Shown piece after piece: positions 51,321 to 63,731 of a stretch of DNA of 64,000 nt (within the stretch, counting starts at the first letter, position 1; each line of letters begins with the position of its first letter). The position numbers were made by a program, and so were the translations under genes. The notes under the pieces were generated by a model that saw nothing but the letters and a program-made list of their open reading frames with translations, had not been told where the DNA came from and made no database searches. The DNA is from Octopus bimaculoides (taxonomy: Eukaryota): NCBI RefSeq assembly GCF_001194135.2, contig NC_068988.1:34618657-34682656 (forward strand), read 5' to 3'.

Positions 51321-52150
51321 AAAGAGGCCATCATCACCACCACCACCACCACCTTGATGATGATGATGATGATGATGATCAACATCATCATCATCCTCAT
51401 CATCGTAACCATTGGCAGTGTTTTATCTTGTCTCTTTCTACTCTTACTCATCATCCTTATTTCCACTACTAGCGGTGCTGCTGATTCTGTTTTTATGATC
51501 AACATCACTACCATATTCCTTCAACACTGTTATCATTGTTATCAACAGTTGTCATAATTTCCACCCTTTCTATTACGGTTGCCGCCACCACCCGTTACTT
51601 CTGGTATCTTCCTTATTATGATTTCATCACCAATCATTGTCCTTTACCTACCACCACCACCACCACCATCATCATCATCATTATCTCAGCTAACGTTTCT
51701 GTCACCACCAACATTATCACTACCCCTATGGTTATCATTGCCATCACTGTTACTGCAATCACTGTTACTACCGCTACTATCAGCATCCCCCCATCCCATC
51801 TTCACTCCAGCCATCAACATCACCATCAGCATGATGATCAACATCTCTGCCACCACCACCACCACCACCACCACCACTCCATCTTCATTGGCAGCTTCAT
51901 TGCATCATTATTACGTCCACCATCATCGCTATCACTGTCTCCACTACAACACCTCAACTGACTCTACCATCAGCACCATAGCTATTACCACTACCATCAA
52001 CACAGCCACTACTTTTACCACCACTGTCAATCAAGATCACAATCACCACTAGCACCACTTCTGCCACCATCACCATCGACACTACAACTGCTCCATCATT
52101 TAACCACTGTTACCACCACCACCACCACCACCATTCTTATCGTCATCATT
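51321..52150. repeat. Degenerate (CAT/CAC/CAA)n trinucleotide low-complexity tract
   Basis: Direct inspection. Confidence 0.85.
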
Positions 52151-52481
52151 AGGAGTTGTGCTTATGAGTATATGCACAAGTGTAGAGAATCGGATTGCAT
52201 GTAAAATAATGGAAGTATGTTTCATGTATTAGAAGTATTTTCATTGGCACTGGTAAATGGTTGATGGTGGTGGTATTGGTGGTGAAGTGAGGTGGTTGAC
52301 ACAGTGGTAATAGTAAGTTTGTTGTAGCACTGATAGTGGTAGCAGTGGTAGAGTGATATTAAGAATACCTTGTAAACAACAGCATGTGATAATAACTGAT
52401 TGGCATGTCAAATGCAGTCTGTATTTAGTATTCTAATGGATCATGCTTGCACATGCACACACGTGTATCTCTCTATCTCTT

Positions 52482-52523
<42 letters not shown>

Positions 52524-52781
52524 NNNNNNNNNNNNNNNNNNNNNNNNNNNNNNNNNNNNNNNNNNNNNNNNNNNNNNNNNNNNNNNNNNNNNNNNNNNNN
52601 NNNNNNNNNNNNNNNNNNNNNNNNNNNNNNNNNNNNNNNNNNNNNNNNNNNNNNNNNNNNNNNNNNNNNNNNNNNNNNNNTATATACAATACATAATATT
52701 AATGGTTTCTTATTAGGAAACCAATAGAATTTATACAGGGCTGCAAGGAGAAGTGCTCAGAATAACTGAGACAAGAGTAAA

Positions 52782-54079
52782 ATATTAGTTAAAGAATAAA
52801 AAGACTGGGTTAACGACTCAACATATCACACCCCCTCAATGAACATATATAAGAAATACAGCATAATCCGTCAAACATAAGGAGTAAGAAGAAATAACGC
52901 AAGAAAAATGACACAAGAAGAAATAATAAATAAATAAAAATATAGCATATAGTATAAAATTTTTATACACGAATATATTGTTTCAACCGATAACATGGAA
53001 CTGAAAAAAATTATAATGCAATACACGTGAATATCATGTCATAGAAGTTAAAAAAGTTAAAATAAATACGAATAAAAGTTAATACGGAAGGAATAAAAAT
53101 TTGAAATATATAATATGATATAATAATATAATATAATATAAGTTGATATAGTAAAATGAAATGACATGAAGAAATGAGGTACCATAAAGTAGTCTATTGG
53201 TTGAAAAAACATGGACAGAAGTGATTTAACACTATTTAGAATTAGAGTTCAAAGTTCTTCAACTCCCTGGGGCACATTTCACACCTCAAAACCAGTAGAC
53301 ACCAAAAGGCAAGTTCGCACCAATCTGGCTCATACAAGAGCGAACAACAGGCACCCAGCAGTTATCAACAGGCAAAAGTTCAATTCTGCTTACCATGTCA
53401 AAAAGGGTTCACCACACATGAGCCAAACAATTACAGCACACCGCAGGTATCCATCAGTAAAAACAAATTCAGGAATTCTGCCTGTTGATACCTGCTGGGT
53501 GCCTGTTGTTTGCTCTTGTGTGTGCTGGATTGGTGCGAACTTGCCTTTTGGTGTCTACTGGTTTTGAGGTGTGAAATGTGCCCAAGGGAGTTGAAGAACT
53601 TTGAACTCTAATTCTAAGCGGTGTTAAATCACTTCTGTCCTTGTTTTTTCAACCGATAGACTACTTTATGGTACCTCATTTCTTCATGTCATTTCATTTT
53701 ACTATATCGACTTATATTATATTATATTATATTATATTATATATTTGAAATTTTTACTCCTTCCGTATTAACTTTTATTCGTATTTATTTTAACTTTTTT
53801 AACTTCTATGAAATGATATTCACGTGTATTGCTTTATACCTTTAACTCAATTTTTTTCAGTTCCATGTTATCAGTTGAAACAATATATTCGTGTATAAAA
53901 ATTTTATACTATATGTTATATCTTTATTTATTTATTATTTCTTCTTGCGTTATTTTTCTTGCGTTATTTCTTCTTATTCCATATGTTTGACGGATTATGC
54001 TGTATTTCTTATATATGTTCATTGAGGGGGTGTGATATGTTGAGTCGCTAACCCAGTCTTTTTATTCTTTAACTAATAT
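52782..54079. repeat. Large inverted repeat: arms 52782-53381 and 53473-54079, ~91-bp spacer
   Basis: The arms align as reverse complements at about 94-96% by eye, with one 11-bp indel (GAGTTAAAGGT missing from the left arm). Confidence 0.95.
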
Positions 54080-54849
54080 ATATATATATATATAGACACA
54101 CACGCACACACACACACACACACACTTGTATGTACTTTGCATTTTTGTTTGTTATTGAAAAATAGAGTTCAACAACATTTGGTATGTTTGGTATTGTGGC
54201 ATCATTCCTGTAACATTCATTACCTCCATCATATCACTACTAGTAATTAAAAATACACCCACATACAGACACACATACAGACACACATACTGACACACAT
54301 ACACAATATATGCATGTATAGCTGTGTATTAATATGTTTGTATGTACAGATTTGTGTGTGTGTGTGTGTGTATGTCATCACATCATTTAATCTCTGTTTT
54401 CTATGCTGGTATGGGTTAGACAGTTTGATCAGAACTGCTAAGGCCAGGGGCAGCACCAGACTCCATTGATTTGGCATGGTTTCTACAGCTGACTACCCTT
54501 AGTAGTGCCAAGTGTTCCATAGTGTGTACTGGCTCCTTTATATGTGACACCAACATGAAATGTGGGACCAGCACAAAACAACATGGCACCAGCACATATA
54601 TATTTATGTGTGCTTTTACTACTACCTGGCCATCATTATTTTATTATATTCTTTACTTTATTTTATTATATATTGCTCAACTGGTACATTACCAATAGTC
54701 AACTCTTATTTCTCCTGACACTGTATCCCATCATTTGATGTTGGATTTTAGGTATTTGGTCTGGTCTGAGCACTTAATGCCTGTATTTATTATTAGCCAT
54801 TTTTGCTATCTTCTCTCTGTACACTCTTACAAAACATGTCAGTGCTTTA

Positions 54850-55155
54850 GTGTCAGTGTACATGAGTGATCTGGTACAGATGAGCTGAGAAGAATCCTGT
54901 AATGTTCAAGAGAGATGGTAACATTGATATAGGCATTTAACATAAGTGGATGATGTCAGATGGGTAAGGAAGTGCCAAGAAATCCATGTTGAAGGAAATT
55001 ATACTAGAAAGAAGACAGAAAACGGCTTGAGTAAAGATGGTGAAAGCTAATCCCAGGATGTTGAACCTCCCAAAGTTGGCAAAGAAACACAACAAAGTGT
55101 AATATGGTGTATTGGACTGAACCATGCTAACATGGAAATGTGGATGTAATAAAGA
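54850..55155 (+). mobile_element. Old degenerate RTE LINE 3' fragment
   Basis: In-frame VQERW*H*YRHLT*VDDVRWVRKCQEIHVEG aligns with VQERRLRWYGHVVRMDEDSCVKKCHTLTVEG of the young copy. The tail reads CCATGCTAACATGGAAATGTGGATG. Confidence 0.7.
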
Positions 55156-56366
55156 AATATATATGTGTGTGTGTCTTGAGCAAAGTCATGAATTGGCAGT
55201 TGTTAGTGTTGATTTAAAAGCTTTGCAGTTTTTGTTCTGACTCTATATGCTCTTGGATCAAATCAACCATGTCTTTCACGCTTTCAGGGTTAATAAAAAA
55301 CCTGTCAATCTTTCAGAACTGTAAGAATCTTAGACTAGATGCCTAGCAATAATCTTTCTTGCTCTCTCTACTCCAAGCCAAATTCTATCTCAGTACATAA
55401 AAACACTTGTGCCAAACTGCAGGCCTAGCATGGCAAGCTAGACAAATCTTCAAAATGAAGGCCAGTATCAAATATAATGCTGCTGAGTGGAGTTGATAGA
55501 GGGATCCTCCTGCTGGAAAGGATATGTGTTTTGGAGAATGGATGAATAAAAATATAAAATAGCTTTCAAACATGTATTGAAAATATAACTACGTTTGGGT
55601 TTAATGTTTCCTGTTAAAGAATTGTGTATGATCACAATTACAAATATGCATATATTAAACACTTTCAAGGTGATGTCTCAGAATGACCTCAGTCCAGTGA
55701 CACATGCTTTCATATGTCTGTATACTATCTTTTCGATCAGATAAATGTTGAGGTATTTGAAACTTCAGTCAGTGAACTTCTCAAACAGATGTTTTGGTTC
55801 ACAGATGGATCTACTGCAATCAAATAATGCTGCTGAAACTCGTGGGAAGAGCTTGAATGTCAGTCACTGCAACCCACGAACCCTACCTCCTCCACCACCA
55901 TTTTTCACTTCCTACATAATTATCATGTTTCTCTAAGGAATCATTATCATTTATAAACATGTTTCTGTCCCACCCCAATTCCATGTTTACTCTTCATTTG
56001 TATTGTATTGCATCGTAGATTTCTGTTTTTCTTGATTCTCTGCCAAGTAAAGATTATTATTATTATTTTTCAATAGTATTATTTCTATTGCATACTTTCA
56101 TTGCGTAACTGAGCACAGCTCTGTGCACCTGGGATGTGTGCAGTGTTTTTTATTTGGCTTATATTTCATTATATTGACAATATTCTATGTTTTATATATG
56201 CTATACCTTGTAGTAATAGTTACTGTTGTGTATATGTGCAATTTCAGGGTTTGTTGGTTATGTAATTATTTGCACCTTTTAAATAATTCTCTAGAAGCAT
56301 GGTGTGTCTCAAAAGTTAGTAGAGTGGTTAGAAATTCTGCGTGGAAATTTTTTACATACATCTTTA

Positions 56367-56648
56367 AGTATCTTGAGAGAAAAGCTGAACATTAGAAGCA
56401 TCAGTTGTGGTGTGCAAGAGAGACGATTGCGCTGGTATGGACATGTGGTGAGAATGGATGAGGATAGCTGCGTGAAAAAGTGCCACACCCTAACAGTTGA
56501 GGGAACCCGTGGAATAGGTAGGCCCAGTAAGACCTGGGCTGAGGTGGTGAGGCAAGACCTTCGTACATTGGGCCTCACCGAAGCGATGACTACTGACCGA
56601 GACCTTTGGAAATGTGCTGTGCGTGAGAAGACCCGGCAAGCCAAGTAA
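56367..56648 (+). pseudogene. RTE LINE ORF2 C-terminal fragment (post-RT region)
   Basis: RRLRWYGHVVRM...VEGTRGIGRPSKTW...DRDLW fits the RLRWxGHVxR / GxRxxGRPxxxW / DRxxW motifs of RTE-clade ORF2. Confidence 0.85.
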
Positions 56649-57204
56649 GATCGTTGCCAGTGCCCCTGGACTGGCTCTTGTGCGGGTGGCACATGAGATG
56701 CACCATTTTGAGCGTGGCCGTTTTCGTGCGGGTGACACGTAAAAGCACCCACTACACTCTCTGAGTGGTTGGCGTTAGGAAGNNNNNNNNNNGTGGAATA
56801 GGTAGGCCCAGTAAGACCTGGGCTGAGGTGGTGAGGCAAGACCTTCGTACATTGGGCCTCACCGAAGCGATGACTACTGACCGAGACCTTTGGAAATGTG
56901 CTGTGCGTGAGAAGACCCGGCAAGCCAAGTAAGATCGTTGCCAGTGCCCCTGGACTGGCTCTTGTGCGGGTGGCACATGAGATGCACCATTTTGAGCGTG
57001 GCCGTTTTCGTGCGGGTGACACGTAAAAGCACCCACTACACTCTCTGAGTGGTTGGCGTTAGGAAGGGCATCCAGCTGTAGAAACTCTGCCAAATTAGAT
57101 TGGAGCCTGGTGTTGCCATCCGGTTTCACCAGTCCTCAGTCAGATCGTCCAACCCATGCTAGCATGGAAAGCGGACGTTAAACGATGATGATGATGATGA
57201 TGAT
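56367..57204 (+). mobile_element. 5'-truncated young RTE-clade LINE ending in (GAT)7; candidate TSD ATCTTTA (56360-56366 / 57203-57209)
   Basis: ORF2 C-terminus, 3'UTR and (GAT)n tail. 56509-56782 is repeated identically at 56793-57066 across a 10-N gap. Confidence 0.85.
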
Positions 57205-57548
57205 CTTTAGAAGATAACCTTCTTCAGATTTGAACCTGGATATTGAGCTTGACTGTGGAAACTGCTGGCAGATAATATTTCTGTATTTGGTTATGTTGAC
57301 CAGAGTTAATTTCAGCCATATCCCTGAACTTCCATTACAATATTATTTAATGACATTATTTGCTTGTCAGTTGTTTTTGATGCAATTTTTTGTTTTTTAT
57401 AAAAATTGACAAACAGAAGCAGAAGTTCAGTTTTAGTGGCTGGAAATATTGTAGAACTTCTTAGTTATCTTATAATATCCCTGAAGTTCAGCTCCTTATA
57501 AAGATTTTATTTATTGTGATTGAAGGCTATATGTCTCAGGACCTATGT

Positions 57549-57725
57549 TTAATTCTTTTGTTACCTAGTGTATGTTGAAATACATTGCTTTGTTAAAATT
57601 AATTTTGAAAATAATTAAGAATTTAGTAAAATAATTTTGTTATTATTAATGCTGTTTGAAACATAAGTTAACATGAAAGTTTGGTGGAATGTTTTAATTT
57701 AGATCACTTGATCACTTTGAAATAG
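57549..57725 (+). mobile_element. piggyBac-like MITE, partial (same family as 63312-63511)
   Basis: TTAATTCTTTTGTTACC...GTTGAAATACATTGCTTTG...AATTTAGATCACTT aligns to 63312-63511. Confidence 0.55.
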
Positions 57726-57804
57726 TGATCAACTGGGGAGGTCACATTTCTTGCTCACAACTTTCATAGAGTGCAAACATAAAAAAAACATGCCTATGTC
57801 TCTC

Positions 57805-57863
<59 letters not shown>

Positions 57864-59084
57864 GACAGGTTTTTTTTCAATTCCCTCACATCTTCCTAAA
57901 GTGCTGCCAGAGGACTGAAGCTGAGAGTACCTTGGACAACATCTGGGATGTTTCTATTGGAGCTATTGTAGCACCCGAGGAAATACAAGCACACACACAT
58001 ACACACACACACACTCACACACACACTACTACTACTACTCTTCTGCTTGTTCTTGTCAAATGATGAAGACACCTCACTATGTATGTGTATACATGCATGT
58101 GCACATATCTGTGTATTTGTGTAACTGGTTTCTTTTTGTTTTTGTATTGCATTTATCTTTTCTGTTTTCTTTTACATCTTCCTTACTTCTCTGATTATTG
58201 CAGTTCCAGTTTATAACTCACCTATTGCTGCCACCAACTCTTAATATTGTTAAAAGTACTTGTACTTTTTTTTTTTTACTAGGAGCATTTATAATTAGTG
58301 TGTATGTACTAAATATCACCAATTAGCTTGAACAACTGTGTACACCTGTGTACGAAGGACCTTCTTTTGCAAATACACATACATCATTTCTACTCTCACC
58401 CTGTATAACCCTGTTCCTTAAACACGCAAACAATTATCTATGTAAACATCGTTATGTTTAGAGTAGCAGTTGTGGGACGGGTTAGTAATTGTTGTATCAT
58501 CTTTGTATAAATGTCTGCACGCACACACATGCTTAAATAATTGCACACCTATGGGTGGTACGCAAATATTGATAGATGACATTGACCTTATTGTTTATGT
58601 AATTGGACAAATTGATTAACAGTACTGTTGGTTTGCCAATGTTGTGGCAATTCAACAGTGGCGTTGATAGTGGTAGAAGCAAAGTGCCAGTTATGCTAAT
58701 GCTTGGTCTTTGCAGCAGTATTTGGTAGTGGAAAGTAAATAGCTTGTTTGGTGAAGATGGTAATAGTGTCAGATACTGTGACGGTTTTTGGGTGCTGATG
58801 TTATATATGGGGTATTGTGATATAATGTTTGGGAATTAGTAGCTAGTGGTGTATATTATAGTAGTTGCATATCTATTGTTGTTATGTGTGGGATGTATTG
58901 TATTAGTTTACATATTCAGCATTGTGGTGGTTATGTTATTGTTTATATAACATTGAGGAGATTGTAGTGAGTGGTGTATTGTAGTTGCAACATTTTTCAA
59001 TGTTGTTGTAGTGGTATTGGAGGTACCAGTAGAAGAAATATGGTGCATTATGTTGGCAATGGTATTGTATTTATTTATGTAGTG

Positions 59085-59430
59085 TTATTGTTGAGCCTCT
59101 GATGACATTCCAGCCATGACCATCCCAACTTTTCTTGCATATGAGCAAGCTGACATTAAGGGTATCTAGCTGTAGAAAACATACCAAGACAGATACTGAA
59201 ACTTGATGCAGTCCTCTACCTCAGTGGTTCTTGTTGAATCGTCCAACCCATGCCAACATCGAAAATGGACATTAAACAATAATGATGATAATGATGAAAC
59301 AACCCAAGACTACATTTTCCAACATCTTTAAAAACATTTCTAGATAATGTGTTATTTAAGAGAGATTTTTGTTGCTAATTCTATCAGGTTGAGCAGCTAT
59401 GTAGAGGTTCTCCTGTTAGCTCATAGTTGT
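59085..59430 (+). mobile_element. Family B repeat interrupted by an RTE-tail insertion (~59140-59297)
   Basis: The family B left half (TTCCAGCCATGACCATCCC) resumes at GACTACATTTTCCAAC after an RTE-like tail ending in GATGATAATGATG. Confidence 0.55.
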
Positions 59431-59699
59431 TGTAATGGTGTTGATAGCATCTTGTTTGGCAATAAAGATGATGTTGGCAGTATAAGCAGCAGTGGTAGTG
59501 GTGATAGTTCCAGTGAACTGTGGTGGGGAAGGGGGACTGCTAGAAGTAGCATAATCTTTAAAAATGTTCCACCTCTTTTCCCTTGACATTTAACTCACCT
59601 TTCTTTGTTAATTACATTTATTTTATGTTTTCTTTCAAGTAGCTATCAAGATTGTTGTCGTTGCTGTTATTATGATGATGTTCAAGGGAAGAATTGGTG

Positions 59700-60270
59700 A
59701 AGTGTTGGAAGAGAATGCTTTATGGATATTTAGTTACATCCCTTTAGTGTTCTGAGTTCAAATCCCCTTTGGGGGATGAACTTTACCTTTCATCTTTCCC
59801 TGGGTCAATAAAATTAATATTATTCAAAGACATGTGTCAATATAATCAAGGATCTCTCTCTCCCCAAACTTATAGTCTTGCCCCAATGGCAGAATTGGCA
59901 GAGCACATTAACAAGTGGTCTTCAGTTACCACCTGTTAATATTCCTGTTGGAGTTCATTTTCATATTATTATTTTTCTGTGGAGGATACAATTAATAGGA
60001 TGAAAGGCATAGTTGACCTCTGTGGGGACTTAGAACGTAAAGAGCCAGAACAAATACTACAAGGCATTATTTTTATCACTCTTATTCTGCCAGTCCACTG
60101 TCCTTAATTGTTTGTTGATTTAGATAGAAAGCCTTTAATTTTTTAAAGGAAGAGGGTTCATTGATGCCATCAACCCCAGTACTTGACTGATGGATGTTTA
60201 GAAATTTGTTAGATCACCAAATGAGATGAGGTATTTATTCCAGTTCCTTGTGTTTTGAGTTCAAATTCCA
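59700..60270. mobile_element. Cluster of SINE family A fragments in alternating orientation (+ 59700-59880, - 59985-60100, - 60140-60190, + 60200-60270)
   Basis: Family A motifs on both strands. Confidence 0.6.
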
Positions 60271-61070
60271 CCTTCTTTCAACAATCTCCTTGTAGCTGGA
60301 AAGCAATTCTTAGAGACTTGGTTAATAGCTCCTTATGCTAAACAGAGCAATGTTGTGATTGGAGCACAATCTTAATTGCATCATTATTGCATAATTTCAA
60401 AATGCAGACTTTGTGCTAAACAAGTTAAATGTTAAGACAGTATCACCATTGAATTCTGCTTTCCATGGGTTTGATAAGTTATCATAGTGTGAGTCAACTC
60501 TTATTTGGAGTTACTTGCGCTCTTAGACAAGTTGAGCATCACATTTCTCTTGTACCTTTCATTATTGTATATTTCATTATCTCTAAGACTGTTACACTTC
60601 TTAATGCCACTGACTTTACAAAGTATAGTGGGTACATTTTATTGTGGCTCCAACCCCAAGTACAAAACATAACTAATGACATCAAGCCATTGAGAGAGCC
60701 TCTGCATGGTCATGAAAACTTGTTAAAAATACCAACCGAGTCTCCTTCAAATTATGACGTACTGTCTTGAAAACAGAAAGGCTATGATGAACAATATATT
60801 CCTAGAAACTCTCAGACGAGATGGTTCCAATTGGAATGCCTGCCTTTGATTGTAGCTCTAGTTAATCAGAGCTGATTTGGGGCTATATAACACGACGACC
60901 ATTACTACTACTACTACTACTACTACTACTACATCACCCACACCAACAACAAAAACATGTTTGATTTATCAACAATAATCCTTTTAGAAAAGCTTATGAA
61001 TATAATCAATATTATCCTTGTTTCTCTCCCTTGCAGAAGTACTTAACTTCCTCCCTACCAGTACTCTTGT

Positions 61071-61103
<33 letters not shown>

Positions 61104-62149
61104 CTATATAACAATGTGTCAGATAAAATTACTATTAAAATTTATTTTATATATTTTTTTTTTATTTATTCATTTACTTAGCTTTGTCTTAATTTTCGTG
61201 TATATTTTTTAAGTGATTATTTGTTTTGGCTTTTTGTTTGCACTAATTTTAATTTTTTAATTTTTTTTATATTTTCTATTTTCTATTCCCCCTGCCCCCA
61301 CTACCCATCTTCCCTTTCCCACACCCTAGCATATGGAACTAAATTTTAATTTTTGTTTTGGATTTTTTCTTGTTATTTTTGGAGGGGGTAGGTGGAGAGG
61401 GAGAGAGAGAGAGAGTTTGCTGCATCGATGAAAAATATATTTATATATTTAATCATTATTATTATTATTATTATTATTATCATCATTTCCATTATATTAT
61501 ATTTATTATTCCTATCATCATCATCATCATCATCATCATTATTATTATTGATGGTTGTTGTTATTGGTGGTAGTTGTTCTTGTTTGTTTTGAGTATTTAT
61601 TTTGCAGAAAAAGGAATTGTCACTTAATGGAATTTCATTGGTATTAGCAGGAAATTAAGAGTTAAGTGTTGTATTCTGACAGATGGAACTATAAGGAATG
61701 ATGATGGTTACAACAGCAGCAACAGTAGTGGTAGTAGTAGTGTAGGTGGAGCAGAAGGAGTGGGTGTTGAGTTGGTGGTATTGGTAGAGTCAGGCACAGA
61801 AAATGTGTTACTGGTTAGTGTTGAATGAAGACTAGAGAGAGAGAGAGAGAATAGGGAGGAAGTGGTGAGTGAATGGAATAGAAGAACAGGGGGAGTGGAG
61901 AGAATAGGAATTAGTGTTGTGTAGTGTACTATACAGTTAATTCTTGTGTAGTTATGTATTAATAGTTGTGATTGTAGTGAAAAAGTAAATAGTCATGGTT
62001 CTTCATTTAAAAATAATAAAAATAAACAGGTTGTTTTTATCTCTATTGTTTGCATGTTCTTTTTTTATTCAGGAATAGTAAAATATAAAAGTTAAAAAAA
62101 AAAAAAATTAATTAATGATTATCCATTATTGAGCAGTGGAGTTAGTACA

Positions 62150-62535
62150 ATTGTAAAGGCGGTGGATAGAATATTACTTTGTGTTATTCATTCTGACTCT
62201 CTGTGCTCTAAAATCAAATCCTGCTGGGGTCAACTTTACCCTTCTTCCTCTTTGGGCTTGATATGATAAAGCGCCAGTCCTGTAATAGGGCTGGGCAACG
62301 TTTAATTGACTAATCCCTGCTCCAAATTTCTGGCTTCGTGCTTTTGTTAGAGATAGTTATGGCTATTATTATTCGTTTCATTTATAGGACATGAGCTGGC
62401 AGAATCATTAGCATATAGTACAAAATGCTTTGTGGCATTTCTTCTTAATCATTATGTTCCAAATTCGAATCTTACTGAGGTCAACATTTTTTTTCATCCA
62501 CCTGGAATTGATAAAATAAAGTACCTGTCAAGTAC
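62150..62535 (+). mobile_element. Two tandem SINE family A copies
   Basis: AAATCCTGCTGGGGTCAACTTTACC...GATAAAGCGCCAG; then GAGCTGGCAGAATCATTAGCA...GATAAAATAAAGTACC. Confidence 0.7.
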
Positions 62536-63311
62536 TTTATTTTATCATGAAGCAAAAAAATGAATGTGGACTTCCCGATGCATTTTAAAGAATTAACAAA
62601 CTAAACATACAGTGCCATCATTACTGTTTTAATGTTTCTTTTTCCATGTCACATGGGTCAGACAGAAGCAGTTGAGGCAGTTTTTCTATCACTAGATACT
62701 CTTCCAGTCACCACTTTTCACCTGTGGGACTGAACCAGAAATCACATGGTTGTGAAGCAAACTTCTTAATCACACAGCCATGCCTTTCAATGAAGAATTT
62801 TATAAAACAAGGGTTGAAAACAAATTCCTATGTAACATTAAATAAAAATGCATTTCAGTTGGATGACTATGAAAAACAGATAAAACAGAATGAGGAAAAT
62901 ATTAAGAAAATCAACACATGTCAAACTTCAGCAGGCTAATGTAAATTGATATGGTAGAGTGGTAAGATTAATGTGGTTGCAAGGAAAACCTGGAGATGGG
63001 AAGCTAACAAGGACTCTGGTATGAATATATTTCAGCCCTGAATTCTGGTAAATTAACCTGTGGTCAAAATGGGTGGTGTTAAATTGGGCAGCATGTTAAA
63101 CTTAAACCATTTGACTGTATAAAATAAATAAATATTTTTATTAAATAAATAAATATTTTTATTAAATAAATAAATAAAAATAAGACTCAATGACTATTGT
63201 AAATATACAAAAATAATTGTATAACAATGACTGAAATGTATTTGATCTGAGGCCTTCTGGATCAAAGCTGACCTAGGGCTGAACACCAACTGCTATTATA
63301 AATAGTCTTAA

Positions 63312-63511
63312 GCCTTTCTTTAACATCTTTCTGTTGAACTACATTGCCTTTGTTTCCATTAACTTTGAAACTAATTATTATTATCAAGCAGACGTTTGGA
63401 AAATAAATTAGCATGAAAACTAGAGGAAACATTATAATTTAGATCCCTTTAAAACAAGAAGTTTACATCATAGAACTTGAGGCAGTCTTGAGCAGGATGG
63501 TATCAACAGGG
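63312..63511. mobile_element. piggyBac-like MITE (TTAA/TTAG flanks)
   Basis: TTAA at 63308-63311 and TTAG at 63512-63515; degenerate GCCTTT.../...CAGGG termini; second copy at 57549. Confidence 0.55.
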
Positions 63512-63700
63512 TTAGAAGTATAAGCAAAAGGAACTGATATTGCCAATTTGTTTACTAAACATTCAGACTAACTTCCATTGCCAAGGAGGCAATTTATTCT
63601 CCAGAAGAGATAAAATATGGCTGTATGGAAATGCTTGCATTCTCAGTATTATTCTCATGTTCGCCATTCCTTAGTCTAGCAAAACAATTATCTATCAGCT

Positions 63701-63731
<31 letters not shown>

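Noticed and set aside
51171-52052. Overlapping Thr/Ile/His/Pro-rich ORFs resembling mucin
   Set aside because: The triplet tract lacks stop codons by composition. All three frames are open, there are no splice signals and no domain.
55795-55827. WFTDGS, resembling the RNase H first motif
   Set aside because: A stop follows four codons later, and the SNNAAE look-alike is in another frame and far too close. At most an unrecognisable relic.
56509-57066. Tandem duplication of the LINE 3' end
   Set aside because: The 274-bp copies are identical and separated by a 10-N placeholder: an unmerged contig overlap.
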